From an uncultured Chloroflexia bacterium (GTDB lineage Bacteria; Chloroflexota; Limnocylindria; Limnocylindrales; CSP1-4), in NCBI GenBank assembly GCA_963707215.1, contig CAVPPB010000003.1, positions 321,415-385,414 on the forward strand: DNA of 64,000 nucleotides, given 5' to 3'. The notes beneath the pieces are model-generated. The model was not told where the DNA came from. It saw only the letters and a program-made list of their open reading frames with translations, and did not search any database. How positions within the stretch are numbered: position 1 is the stretch's first letter; each line of letters starts with the position of its first letter. Of this stretch, positions 37,961 through 47,576 are shown piece after piece. The translations under genes were made by a program, and so were the position numbers.

Positions 37961-40900
37961 TCAGGCCCGGGAGGCTGGACTCTTGATCGGCTCGGACGAC
38001 CCGGTCGCCTCGGTCGCGGCGGATCCGGCCGGGAAGACCGCGTCCAGCCGCTCCAGCAGGGTCACGGCGCCCAGGTCCTCGAGGATGGCCCTCGCCTCGA
38101 CGGCTGCCTCCTCGGCGCCCGACTGACCCGGCGCGAAGACCGCTCGCTCGAGCCGGGCCATCGCCAGCTGGAAGCGGACCCCACGAGCCCGGAGGGTGTC
38201 TGCGGCTCCGTCCATCCGGTCGACCGTCGTGGTCGGGTCCCCGCCGGCCACGAGGTCGAGCAGGGCCAGCAGGTGGGCGATCTGGGCGGCGTCGACCTCC
38301 GCCACGACGAGCTTGGGGGCTGCGGCGAGCCCATCGAGCCGCTCGCGAACCTCACCAGGCTGACGCCGCCAGGCCGACACTCGGGCCGCCACCATCACAG
38401 CCCGCTCCTGGTCGCCGAGCTGGAGCGGATCCAGCGCCAGGAGGTCGACGGTCGCCGCCTCGCCGGCCGCCGGGTCGCCGGCCGCCAGGGCCGCCTGGAG
38501 CCGAGCGGTCAGGTTGGACGCCTGCATCTGCGGATCCTCTGTGCCGGCGGAGACCGCGAGCGCCTGTCGCAGCGTTGCCTCGGCCTCCCGGGCGCGCCCC
38601 TGGTAGGCCTGGACGTGGGCGGCGAACGCGGGAGCCACGCCCCCGAAGAGCGCCTGCGCCTCGACCGGGTCGTAGCTCGTTCCGACCAACTCGACCCAGG
38701 GCCATTCGCCGACGTCGAAGGCCGCTTCGGCCGCGTTCCCGGCGAGCGAGAGCGACCACTCCTCGTAGCCCAGCCGGCGGGCGACGTCGTAGCCTTCGCG
38801 GGCCACCTCGAGCGCCTCGCGAGGATCGATGCCCATCAGGTGGCTCGACAGGTTCATGCTGCTCCGGAAACGGGCCCTGAGCGGCCCATGGCGTTCGGTC
38901 TGCACGAGATTGCCCCGCAGGAGGGCGATGGCCTCGACCACCCGGCCGATCGCCGTGAGCGTCCAGGCCTTCGTCGCCAGGATCTCGGCGATGACCTCCT
39001 GCGCCCCAGCGGCCTCGGCCCGGGGCAGGAGCTCCTCGACGACCGGGGTCGCGGCGGCAGGATCACCGGCCATCATGTGGGCTCGGGCGAGCTCGGCGCC
39101 GAGGTCCAGCGCCTCGGCGGACGAGGAGCCACGGACCCGGTCCCAGGCCGTCGACAGGACCTGGCGCGCCTCCGAGTGGCGGCCCTGGTAGATGATGAGG
39201 GTCCCCAGTCGACGCTCGGCGGCCGCCGTCGCCGCCGGATCGTCCCTGCTCGAACGCCACGCGACGACCTCGCGCGCGATCTCCTCGAGCCTGGGGAGAT
39301 CGCCGGTGGTGGCCTCGCCGAGCGCCACAAGGCGCTCCAGGATGACCATCCGCTCGGTCTCGTCCGACGCGATGGCTGCCGCCTCCTCGAGATACGTCCC
39401 GGCTCGTCGCCACGCATGGAGCTCGCTGGCGCGCGCCGCCGCGGCGATGAGGGCCTCCCGCGCCCGCTCCGCCAACTCGGCAGCATCGTGCCCGTCGGCC
39501 GACCGGTGCGCGTCCAGGAGGTGGGTGGCCACGACCCCGGAGACGTCCTCCTCGGCCAGCTGCCCGAAGAAGGCAGCCGCAGCGAGGTGGCGGGCCACCC
39601 GCTCCCGCCGCGAGAGACGGTTGTAGATCACCTCGCGGAGGAGGCCCTGGACGAAGCCGTATTGGCCTCGCTCCGGTGACCGCGGATCCTCGTCCAGCGC
39701 CAGGAGCTCGCGCGAGATCAGGCGCTCGAGGGTGACCCCGGCATCGTCCGCCGGCATGCCGGCGACCGACGCGATGGCGTCCACGGAGAAGGTCTGGCCG
39801 AGCACGGACGCGTGGCCCAGCAGGGAGCGCTCGTCCTCGGGCAGGCCATCGAGGCGCGCACCGAGGAGCTTGGTCAGCGAGGCCGGCACCGCCAGCTCGC
39901 CCAGCGGTCCGGCGAGCCGGTAGCGACCGTCCGCCTCGGTCAGCCGGCCCTGGTCGACGAGCATCCGGACGGTCTCGACCGCGTACAGCGGGACCCCCTC
40001 CGCTCGCTCGCCGATGGTCCGGATCGCCGCCGGGGGAAGGCCGGGGGCGAGGCCGACGAGCAGTAGCTCCATCGCCTCGGCATCGAGTGGCCCGAGCTCC
40101 AGGCTGGTGAAGCTGCGGATCCCGGCGCCCCAGGTCGGGCGACGCTCGAGCAGCTCAGGCCTGGCCAGTGTCACGACGAAGAGCGGGCGGTTGCGGTTGG
40201 CAGTGACCAGCCGCTCCACGAAGTCGAGGAGACCGTCGTCGGCCCAGTGGAGATCCTCGAAGACGAGGATCGTGGGGCCGTGGTCGGCGATGCGCTCGAA
40301 CAGCGCGCGCCAGGCGGCGAAGAGCTCGTCCGTTCCGCCGGACGGCATCTCCCCGGTCCCCAGCAGGGCGGCGAGCCGGGGCTCGACCCAGGACCGCTCA
40401 TCGGCGTCCGGAAGCCAGCGCTCGAGCGCCTCGGTGAGCCTCCGGGCGGCGGTCGAGTGATCGTCGCCGTCGACGATGCCGACGCGTCCACGGATCATCT
40501 CGGCCAGGGCCCAGAACGCCAGGCCGTCGCCGTAGGCGGGCGATCGACCAGCGTGCCAGTAGACCGTCTCGGCGACTCCGTCGATGTACTTCTCGAGCTC
40601 CCAGGCGAGACGGCTCTTGCCGATCCCGCCGACCCCGGTGACCGAGACGAGCCGCGCCCGGCGGTCCCGCCCGGTCCCGTGAAAGAGGTCCTTGAGCAGC
40701 CGCAGCTCGTCGTCACGCCCGACGAACGGTGCCTCGAGGCGGGTCGCCCGCCGGGCCCCTCGGCGGGCTGCCACCACCCGGAGCGCACGCCAGGCCTCCA
40801 CCGGCTCGATCTTCCCCTTGAGTCGCTGGGGACCAGCTGCCTCGTAGACGACGGACGCATCCGTGACCCGCACCGTTGCCTCGTCCACGATCACGCCACC

Positions 40901-41572
40901 GGGCGGGGCGGCGCCCTGGAGCCGACTGGCGGTGTTGACCAGGTCGCCGGTGACCATCCCCTGCCCGACCGCCGCTGGATCCACCGCCGCCTCGCCGGTC
41001 ATCACGGCGGCCCTCGCGACCAGGGTCTCGGTGACGCCGTCTCCGGCGGCCGGCAGGCCGGCGACCGCGTCGACCAGGTCGAGCGCGGCCCGGACGGCTC
41101 GCTCGGCATCATCCTCGTGGGCCACCGGCGTCCCGAAGACGGCCATGACCGCGTCCCCGATGAACTTCTCGACCGTGCCGCCGTACCGTTCGATCCGCTC
41201 GCGCGAGACGGCGAAGTACCGGTCGAGGGTCTCCCGGACCGCCTCCGGATCGCGCTCTTCCGCGAACGGCGTGAACCCGACCAGGTCGACGAAGAGGACC
41301 GATACGTGGCGTCGCTCGGTCGTCGTCCCGCTCGCGGCAGATCGATCCGACGCCGGACGCTGCTCGGCCGCGTGCCCGGGCCGTGGCGGCGCCGAGGCCA
41401 CTCCGACCTCCAGCGTCGAGCCACAGGTCCCGCAGAACCGGTCCTCCGGCTCGTTCGCAGCTCCGCAGGATGGACAGGACGCGCCGAGCACCGCCCCGCA
41501 GGCGCGACAGAAGCGTCGGCCCGGCTTGTTCTCGGCCGAGCATGAGGCGCAGACGAGGGACGCGGCTTCCAT
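37961..41572 (-). CDS. multidomain signalling protein: double zinc-ribbon, class III adenylate/guanylate cyclase, AAA/STAND NTPase, TPR-like superhelix (no HTH)
   Basis: CASCSAENKPGRRFCRACG...CPSCGAANEPEDRFCGTCG. Cyclase core VSVLFVDLVGFTPF...GGTVEKFIGDAVMAVFG. P-loop VTGVGGIGKSRLAWE. About 600 aa of helical repeats. Uninterrupted over 1203 aa. Confidence 0.85.
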   Translation of the reverse strand: MEAASLVCASCSAENKPGRRFCRACGAVLGASCPSCGAANEPEDRFCGTCGSTLEVGVASAPPRPGHAAEQRPASDRSAASGTTTERRHVSVLFVDLVGFTPFAEERDPEAVRETLDRYFAVSRERIERYGGTVEKFIGDAVMAVFGTPVAHEDDAERAVRAALDLVDAVAGLPAAGDGVTETLVARAAVMTGEAAVDPAAVGQGMVTGDLVNTASRLQGAAPPGGVIVDEATVRVTDASVVYEAAGPQRLKGKIEPVEAWRALRVVAARRGARRATRLEAPFVGRDDELRLLKDLFHGTGRDRRARLVSVTGVGGIGKSRLAWELEKYIDGVAETVYWHAGRSPAYGDGLAFWALAEMIRGRVGIVDGDDHSTAARRLTEALERWLPDADERSWVEPRLAALLGTGEMPSGGTDELFAAWRALFERIADHGPTILVFEDLHWADDGLLDFVERLVTANRNRPLFVVTLARPELLERRPTWGAGIRSFTSLELGPLDAEAMELLLVGLAPGLPPAAIRTIGERAEGVPLYAVETVRMLVDQGRLTEADGRYRLAGPLGELAVPASLTKLLGARLDGLPEDERSLLGHASVLGQTFSVDAIASVAGMPADDAGVTLERLISRELLALDEDPRSPERGQYGFVQGLLREVIYNRLSRRERVARHLAAAAFFGQLAEEDVSGVVATHLLDAHRSADGHDAAELAERAREALIAAAARASELHAWRRAGTYLEEAAAIASDETERMVILERLVALGEATTGDLPRLEEIAREVVAWRSSRDDPAATAAAERRLGTLIIYQGRHSEARQVLSTAWDRVRGSSSAEALDLGAELARAHMMAGDPAAATPVVEELLPRAEAAGAQEVIAEILATKAWTLTAIGRVVEAIALLRGNLVQTERHGPLRARFRSSMNLSSHLMGIDPREALEVAREGYDVARRLGYEEWSLSLAGNAAEAAFDVGEWPWVELVGTSYDPVEAQALFGGVAPAFAAHVQAYQGRAREAEATLRQALAVSAGTEDPQMQASNLTARLQAALAAGDPAAGEAATVDLLALDPLQLGDQERAVMVAARVSAWRRQPGEVRERLDGLAAAPKLVVAEVDAAQIAHLLALLDLVAGGDPTTTVDRMDGAADTLRARGVRFQLAMARLERAVFAPGQSGAEEAAVEARAILEDLGAVTLLERLDAVFPAGSAATEATGSSEPIKSPASRA

Positions 41573-41583
41573 GGCCCGCTAGC

Positions 41584-42846
41584 CTACCCTGCCGCTGCCA
41601 CCTCGCGGAGCGCCGCGTCCAGCCGCTCGGCAAGCAGCCCGATCTCCTCCTGGGTGATGACGAAGGCCGGCGAGATGTGGATCGCATGACCACGCAGCAC
41701 GCGGGTCGCCAGCCCGAGGCCGAGCGCCGCCGCGACGACCCGCTCGGGCAGTCCGGGCTCGACGGCGAGGCGCTCCGGGTCGAGGGCGACCGCGGCCATG
41801 AGGCCGATCGCCCGGACTTCCGACACGAGCGGCGTGTCCCGAAGCCGGCCGACCTCCGTGGCCAGGACCGGCTCGAGCTCTCGCACCCGGGCGACCAGGC
41901 CCTCCTGCTCGATGACGTCGAGGTTGGCCATCGCCACCGCGCAGGCCATCGAATGGCCCGAATACGTGTAGCCGTGGCGGAAGACCGCCCCGGGCACCGG
42001 CTCGTCCCAGAAGGGAGCCCGCACCCGCGGGCCGACGAGGACCCCGCCGAGCGGGGCGTACCCGGAGGTGACGCCCTTGGCGAAGGTGATCAGGTCCGGG
42101 TCGATCCCGAAGCGCTGGCTGCCGAACATCGCCCCGGCCCGCCCGAACCCGGTCACCACCTCGTCGGCGACCAGCAGCACGTCGTGCTCGCGGCAGAGCC
42201 GACCGATCGCCTCCCAGTAGCCGTCGGCCGGCGGGATGACCCCGCCGGCCCCGATGACCGGCTCGCCGAAGAACGCCGCGATCTCGCCCGCCCGCGCCTC
42301 GAACAGCGCCCGGACGGCGTCGACGTCGTTCGCCCCGACGTGCTCGACGTCCTCGACGAGCGCTGCGCCGTAACCGGTCCGCATGGCCGCCATGCCGCCC
42401 AGCTCGGTGCCGAACCAGTGCATCCCGTGGTAGGCATGCTCTCGAGCCACGATGACCCGCTTCTCGGGTCGTCCGAGGACGGCCCAGTAGCGCCGGACGA
42501 GCTTGGCCGCCGTGTCGATGGCGTCCGAGCCGCCCGACCCGAGGAAGACGACGGCATCGTCGATGGGGGCCATCACGGCGAGGCGCTCGGCGAGAGCGAG
42601 CGTCACGTCCGTGGTGTACGAGCCGAACGACGAGTACGCCGGGAGCGTCCGGATCTGGGCGGCAGCGGCGTCGGCCAGCTCGATCCGTCCGTAGCCGACG
42701 TTGCAGTACCAGAGGGCGGCGGTGGCATCGAGGTAGCGTCGGCCCTCGGTGTCCTCGATCCAGGCACCTTCGCCGCGGTGAACGACCACCTCGGCATCCT
42801 TGACCTGGTGCATGTCGGCGAAGGGGTGCCAGAAGCGGGTCGGCAT
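41584..42846 (-). CDS. class-III aminotransferase (omega-amino acid:pyruvate aminotransferase-like)
   Basis: WHPFADM, LWYCNVGYGR, GSGGSDAIDTAAKL, LLVADEVVTGFGRAG, ITFAKGVTSGY. Confidence 0.9.
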   Translation of the reverse strand: MPTRFWHPFADMHQVKDAEVVVHRGEGAWIEDTEGRRYLDATAALWYCNVGYGRIELADAAAAQIRTLPAYSSFGSYTTDVTLALAERLAVMAPIDDAVVFLGSGGSDAIDTAAKLVRRYWAVLGRPEKRVIVAREHAYHGMHWFGTELGGMAAMRTGYGAALVEDVEHVGANDVDAVRALFEARAGEIAAFFGEPVIGAGGVIPPADGYWEAIGRLCREHDVLLVADEVVTGFGRAGAMFGSQRFGIDPDLITFAKGVTSGYAPLGGVLVGPRVRAPFWDEPVPGAVFRHGYTYSGHSMACAVAMANLDVIEQEGLVARVRELEPVLATEVGRLRDTPLVSEVRAIGLMAAVALDPERLAVEPGLPERVVAAALGLGLATRVLRGHAIHISPAFVITQEEIGLLAERLDAALREVAAAG

Positions 42847-42888
42847 CGGGGACCTCGAGAACGATCTGTCGGGATGTCGGTCGCTAGC

Positions 42889-43383
42889 CTAGCGGTCGGG
42901 ATGCCCCCCCGCGGCCCGCGGCGACACGCCCTCCGGCTCGAGGCGGTAGAACGTCCCGACCGCCTCGATGTGGCCGTGGGCGAGGTGGTAGATCTCGCGC
43001 CCCCCGACCGGATGCTGGCGGAAGGTCGCGTGGATGGCCGCCGTGCGCTCGGGACCGGCCGCGAGGCGGGCCGCCCGGACGGCGACCGGATCGAGACCCG
43101 GGCGCCGCACCTGGGCGGATCCGGCGGCCTCGAGGTTTCGGGTCCATTGGGCCGGTCCGTTGGGATGTCCGACGTACCAACGGCCCTCGAGCTCGAGAAG
43201 GCCGACGAGGACCGGGCGCGGCCGACCGGTCATCCTGCCAGGGACGATCAACTCGACCGTGTCCGCCAGTCCCGGCCGCCCGAGCCAGGCCCGGACCAGC
43301 GGGTCGGCGTAGCGGATCAGCCTGTACTGGATCCGGAACCAGATCGTCCAGAAGGCCGAGCGGCGTGGTCGCGGCTCAGCCAT
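42889..43383 (-). CDS. DUF385 / deazaflavin (F420)-dependent nitroreductase family protein
   Basis: Start at ATG 43383. VPGRMTGRPRPVLVGLLELEGRWYVGHPNGPAQWTRNLEAAGSAQV. The start overlaps the upstream gene by 8 nt. Confidence 0.8.
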   Translation of the reverse strand: MAEPRPRRSAFWTIWFRIQYRLIRYADPLVRAWLGRPGLADTVELIVPGRMTGRPRPVLVGLLELEGRWYVGHPNGPAQWTRNLEAAGSAQVRRPGLDPVAVRAARLAAGPERTAAIHATFRQHPVGGREIYHLAHGHIEAVGTFYRLEPEGVSPRAAGGHPDR

Positions 43384-44434
43384 CGTCGGCGGATCCGTCC
43401 CGTGGCGGCGGCAGGGGCGAAGGCGGACGTGGCGGCCGCCCCCGGCTGTCGAGCGGCGGCGTCGGGACGGCCGGCCCCAGGGTCCGTCGCGGGCGAGCCA
43501 ACGCCCGCGGATCGAGCCTCCGGGCCTGGGTCTCCGGGTCGGCGGCCGCCAGCTCCGCTCCCTCGGCAAGGAGGCGCATCCGTCGCTCGGCCTCCGCCCA
43601 GGGCAGGTCCGCCAGCGACCCGGCCGTCGCGAGGCCGACGCGATCGAGCCCTCGCCGGTTCGAGGCGGCCGCGTACTGGGCCGCCCAGACGAGCACCGGC
43701 GGATCGACCTGCCGCTCCGGTTCGCCTGGCACGACACCGCAGACGATGCCCCGATCGCCGGGCGCCTGGCGCACCAGCTTCCAGTTGTCCGGCCCTGCGA
43801 TGAGGTCGACGAGGATGCTCGCGTAGGGTGCCTCGAAGACCGTGGCCGGCCCGGCGAGATCGGCGCTCCCGCCGGTGATCGCCAGCATGACGTGGGCGCC
43901 GACCCCGTCCAGCAGGCGGCGCTGGGCCCCGGCGAACCGCCGCCGCTCTCGCTCGTCCTCGCCGACGAGCACGATGTCGGGTTCGTCGACCTGGACCAGC
44001 GGGCAGCCGGCCGTCTCGAGCGCCCGGATCTCGACATTGAGCGCTTCGGCCAGATCGTCGGGCAGGGAGCCGAGGTCGGCCGGATCGGGCGCCATGGCCC
44101 GCGCCAGCGAGTACGGGCCCGGCAGTCGGACCTTGGTCGAGCGTGGCGGGTCGAGCTCCCGGGCGGCCGACGCGGCGAGGCGCCAGGCGTCAACGAGGAT
44201 CGGGCGCTCCCAGCGCGACCGCCCCGACGCCACGAGGCGTCCGTCTGCGGTCTCAAGGGCCCCGAGCGCCAGCGCGACCCGCCGGAGTGGGTCGCCCCAC
44301 AGATCGCCGTCCCCAACGGGGTCGAGCCCGGCTCCTGCCTGGGCCCGTACGACGACCGCGATCGCCGCCGGGGGCGCTGACCCTGGGTCGAGATCCGTCG
44401 GTGTCGGCAGGCCGCCGTGGAGTGTCGCGAACAC
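43376..44434 (-). CDS. MetE/UROD-superfamily (cobalamin-independent methionine-synthase-like) protein with a Pro/Arg-rich tail
   Basis: GTG 44434 behind GAGGG. LPGPYSLA, ALETAGCPLVQVDEP. Canonical Zn-ligand positions are not evident (see findings). Confidence 0.7.
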   Translation of the reverse strand: MFATLHGGLPTPTDLDPGSAPPAAIAVVVRAQAGAGLDPVGDGDLWGDPLRRVALALGALETADGRLVASGRSRWERPILVDAWRLAASAARELDPPRSTKVRLPGPYSLARAMAPDPADLGSLPDDLAEALNVEIRALETAGCPLVQVDEPDIVLVGEDERERRRFAGAQRRLLDGVGAHVMLAITGGSADLAGPATVFEAPYASILVDLIAGPDNWKLVRQAPGDRGIVCGVVPGEPERQVDPPVLVWAAQYAAASNRRGLDRVGLATAGSLADLPWAEAERRMRLLAEGAELAAADPETQARRLDPRALARPRRTLGPAVPTPPLDSRGRPPRPPSPLPPPRDGSADDG

Positions 44435-44540
44435 AGGATGCCCTCGAGGAGGGGCCGTCGGCGACGACCCGACGCCCGGATGCTACCCCGCCGACCCGAG
44501 GGCCGCGGTGTCCGAGGCTGCCGTTCAAGTGGGATCGGCC

Positions 44541-44580
44541 ATCGTCGGAGGCCATCCGTCGGAGGCCATCCGTCGAAGAG
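44541..44580 (+). repeat. tandem 13-14-bp repeat (ATCGTCGGAGGCC / ATCCGTCGGAGGCC / ATCCGTCGAAGAG) upstream of sigK
   Basis: Read directly. It lies 120-160 nt upstream of the GTG of the ECF sigma gene. Confidence 0.7.
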
Positions 44581-44699
44581 GGTGCGTGGAGATGAACGCT
44601 GCCGCCCTCGCCGCCCATCCCGTCGGACTCTTCCCTTGGTCCGGGTATCATCGGGTCGTGGTCCCGTCCGGCCGGTCGGGTCCCAGCAGGGAGTCGAGG

Positions 44700-45326
44700 G
44701 TGGCCGAGCCGAAGCCTTCGCGCGAAGACACGCGGGTCCAGGATGCGGCCCTGCTCGCCCGCATCCGGGATCGCGACGAGCGGGCGATGGAGGAGCTCTA
44801 CCAGCGCTTCTCCGGCCCGCTGTACTCGCTCGCCTACCAGGTGACCGGGGCCGACCGCTTCGCCCAGGACGTCGTCCAGGAGGTGTTCATCGCCGTCTGG
44901 AAGGACGCCGGCCGCTTCGACCCGAACCGCGGAGCCCTGGCGCCCTGGCTGTTCTCGCTCGCCCGTCACAAGGCGATCGACCTGGTCCGGCGCGAAGCCA
45001 ACGTCCGCAAGCGCACCGCGGACGTGGACCTCGCGTTCGAGGAGGCCCCCGACGACGTCCACCAGGAGGCCTGGCTCCGTCACCGCAGCGAGCGGGTCCG
45101 GGCCGCCATCACCACGCTGCCCGACGCCCAGCGAGAGGCCCTCGAACTGGCCTTCTTCGCGGGGCTCACGCACGTTGAGGTGGCCGAGCAGCTGGGGATC
45201 CCGCTGGGGACTGCCAAGACCAGGATCCGCACCGCCCTGCTGAAGCTGCGCGAGGAGCTGGGCACCTCGCTCTCCGAGACCGGCCTCGTGGAAGACCGAT
45301 GGATCACGGAACCTTCGAGCAGCTAG
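44700..45326 (+). CDS. sigK: ECF sigma-70 family RNA polymerase sigma factor (SigK-like)
   Basis: GTG 44700 behind AGGGAG. Region 2 is DVVQEVFIAVWKDAGRFDP. Region 4 is EALELAFFAGLTHVEVAEQLGIPLGTAKTRIRTAL. Followed by an RskA-type anti-sigma gene. Confidence 0.85.
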   Translation: MAEPKPSREDTRVQDAALLARIRDRDERAMEELYQRFSGPLYSLAYQVTGADRFAQDVVQEVFIAVWKDAGRFDPNRGALAPWLFSLARHKAIDLVRREANVRKRTADVDLAFEEAPDDVHQEAWLRHRSERVRAAITTLPDAQREALELAFFAGLTHVEVAEQLGIPLGTAKTRIRTALLKLREELGTSLSETGLVEDRWITEPSSS

Positions 45327-46135
45327 CCGCGGGGGCGGTCCTCGACGACCTCGACCGGAGCGAGCGTCTCGCCTTCGAGGCGCACCGCATGGCCTGCGCC
45401 TCGTGCCGGTCACTGGTCGACGATCTCTTCGCGGTCAGCGCCGAGCTTTCCCTTGCCGCCCCCCAACGCCGCCCGCCGAATGGCCTTCACGACGCCGTGA
45501 TGGCAGTGGCGGGCGCCGGAGCGGGCGCCATCGGCGGGGAGATCGCGGCCGGCGCCCGGAGGGACGCGCCGCGGGCGCAGAGCGATCGTGCCGATCCGAT
45601 CGACATCGCAGGCCTGCGCCGCGAGACCCGGCGCCTCCGGTTCCTCAATGCGGGCGCCCTCGCGGCCGCCGCCGTCCTCGCTGTCGCGGCCTTCGGCCTG
45701 GCGGTCCGGACGGCCGACCTGTCTGATCAGCTCACGGAGAGCCGCCAGTCCGCTGCCTTGGCCGGGGAGCGCGTGGAGATCCAGTCCGCGGCGATGGCCG
45801 TGGCCGTTGACCCGGCCCACGAGACCTGCACCCTCGAGTCGGAGCCCATGGCGGCCGGTGCCTCGGCCGTCTGCGTCTACCGCCCGGGCTCGCGCGAGAG
45901 CTACCTGATGGCGAGCGCTCTGCCACCGACCCCCGACGGCATGGTCTACCAGCTCTGGTACGCCGATGACGGTGGCGTGCACGCCCTGGGGACGTATGCC
46001 TACGACGGCCATGGCGCCTTCGTGGCGCCGTTCACCGTCGACCTCGCCAGCGCCTCGGCTGTCATGGTGACCCTCGAGCCCGAGGGCGGGGCGATCGACG
46101 AGCCGGGTCCCGAGGTCGTCTTCGGAGAGCTCTAG
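45299..46135 (+). CDS. rskA: anti-sigma-K factor RskA family protein
   Basis: Overlaps the sigma gene. N-terminal zinc-finger-like HRMACASC, one TM helix, and the C-terminal YQLWYADDGGVHALG...MVTLEPEGG RskA domain. Confidence 0.8.
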   Translation: MDHGTFEQLAAGAVLDDLDRSERLAFEAHRMACASCRSLVDDLFAVSAELSLAAPQRRPPNGLHDAVMAVAGAGAGAIGGEIAAGARRDAPRAQSDRADPIDIAGLRRETRRLRFLNAGALAAAAVLAVAAFGLAVRTADLSDQLTESRQSAALAGERVEIQSAAMAVAVDPAHETCTLESEPMAAGASAVCVYRPGSRESYLMASALPPTPDGMVYQLWYADDGGVHALGTYAYDGHGAFVAPFTVDLASASAVMVTLEPEGGAIDEPGPEVVFGEL

Positions 46136-47475
46136 GCCGAGGAGCCTCCGGCCTGGTCGCCGGCCGGGACGTCGAGCCCCTCACCGGACCCGATGGCCAG
46201 GATCCCGTCGGGGCCTGTGCCACCGCGGGCCTCGGTGCCCACGATCAGTCCCGCCACGATCGCCACGACGAGGGCAGCCACGCCGAACCACGGCAGCGCG
46301 CGCGCACCCACGGATGTCACCGAGCGGCTCGATCCGGGCGGTCCGCTCAGCCCCACCGACGTCGCCCGCTGGTCGGGCGGACGCTGCCATCGCGAGGCGA
46401 GCGTCCGGCCCTCGGGCGGGATCATGAGCCAGCCGAGCCACAAGCCGGCCACAAGCCCCCCGATGTGGGCCGCGTTGTCGACGAAGCCGGCGAAGAAGCC
46501 GAAGGCCAGGTTGATCAGGACGATGGGCACCAGCTGGCCCATGAGCGCTCGGCTGCGACGGTCGAGCAGCGGCGCGTGAGCCGCCCGGACGGCGATGAGG
46601 ACGCCGAACATCCCGAAGACCGCCCCCGAGGCGCCCACCGACGGGGCGTCGCCTCCGAAGACGAAGCTGGCCGTGGATCCCCCGGCGGCGCACAGCAGGT
46701 ACAGCAGCAGGAACCGCCAGGGCCCGTAGAGCCGCTCGACCACGGTTCCCGCCAGGTACAGGGCGTACATGTTGAAGAAGAGGTGCATGAACCCGAAGAT
46801 CGGGAACCCATGGACGAGCGTGACCGTGAACAGCCGCCAGTACTCGCCGTCGGCGACGGCCGCCTTGTCGAGCCAGAGCACCGGGTAGAGCGTCTCGTAC
46901 GGCAGGATCCAGGCGACGGCGGTCACGCTCACCGTGATCGCGATGACGACCGTGACGAACGAGGCCAGGCCGGACTCGCCGCGGGACCGGGCGAACCAGC
47001 GGCGGGCGCCGCGGGCGTCGCCGGTCTCCTTCGACAGCCAGCCGAGGCGACTGGCGATCTCGGCTCGGTCCTCCGGCGGTGCCAGCTTGTCCGCCTCGCG
47101 GTAGGCCGCCAGGGCACCGCGCAGGTCGTCGGACCGGACGCGCGCCGCGGCGAGGTTCCGCCAGGCGGGGTACGTCGCCGGGGTCCGCGGCAGCTTGACG
47201 ACCGCCGTCCAGGCCTCGATCGCCGCACCCTCGTCGCCCAGCCGATCGAGCGCATCACCGGAGCCGAGCAGGCCCGCCGCGGTCACGGCCACGTCAGCGT
47301 TGCCGACCACCCGGCGATAGCAGGCGAGGGCCGCGAGCGGTTCCCCCGCGTCCATGAGGTCGGCGCCCTGGTCGAGCAGTGCAGCTGCCTGGGCGACCGA
47401 CAGGGGGCCTTGGATCGACGGATCGGGTGCGCGCTCGGGCGGCGCGCTCGGGCGCGGTCCAGCAGGGTCGTCCAT
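46132..47475 (-). CDS. rhomboid family intramembrane serine protease with an N-terminal TPR-like cytoplasmic domain
   Basis: Start at ATG 47475 (MDDPAGP). YWRLFTVTLVHG, HLFFNMYALY, catalytic GASGAVFG and AHIGGLVAG. Confidence 0.85.
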   Translation of the reverse strand: MDDPAGPRPSAPPERAPDPSIQGPLSVAQAAALLDQGADLMDAGEPLAALACYRRVVGNADVAVTAAGLLGSGDALDRLGDEGAAIEAWTAVVKLPRTPATYPAWRNLAAARVRSDDLRGALAAYREADKLAPPEDRAEIASRLGWLSKETGDARGARRWFARSRGESGLASFVTVVIAITVSVTAVAWILPYETLYPVLWLDKAAVADGEYWRLFTVTLVHGFPIFGFMHLFFNMYALYLAGTVVERLYGPWRFLLLYLLCAAGGSTASFVFGGDAPSVGASGAVFGMFGVLIAVRAAHAPLLDRRSRALMGQLVPIVLINLAFGFFAGFVDNAAHIGGLVAGLWLGWLMIPPEGRTLASRWQRPPDQRATSVGLSGPPGSSRSVTSVGARALPWFGVAALVVAIVAGLIVGTEARGGTGPDGILAIGSGEGLDVPAGDQAGGSSA

Positions 47476-47576
47476 CGGGCCGGACTCTACTATGCTCGCT
47501 CGATGACCGCCCCCGCCCCCGCCTCGTGGCCTCGCCGGACCGAGGGACGGTCGTCCCACGGGCGGAGCGGCTGACG

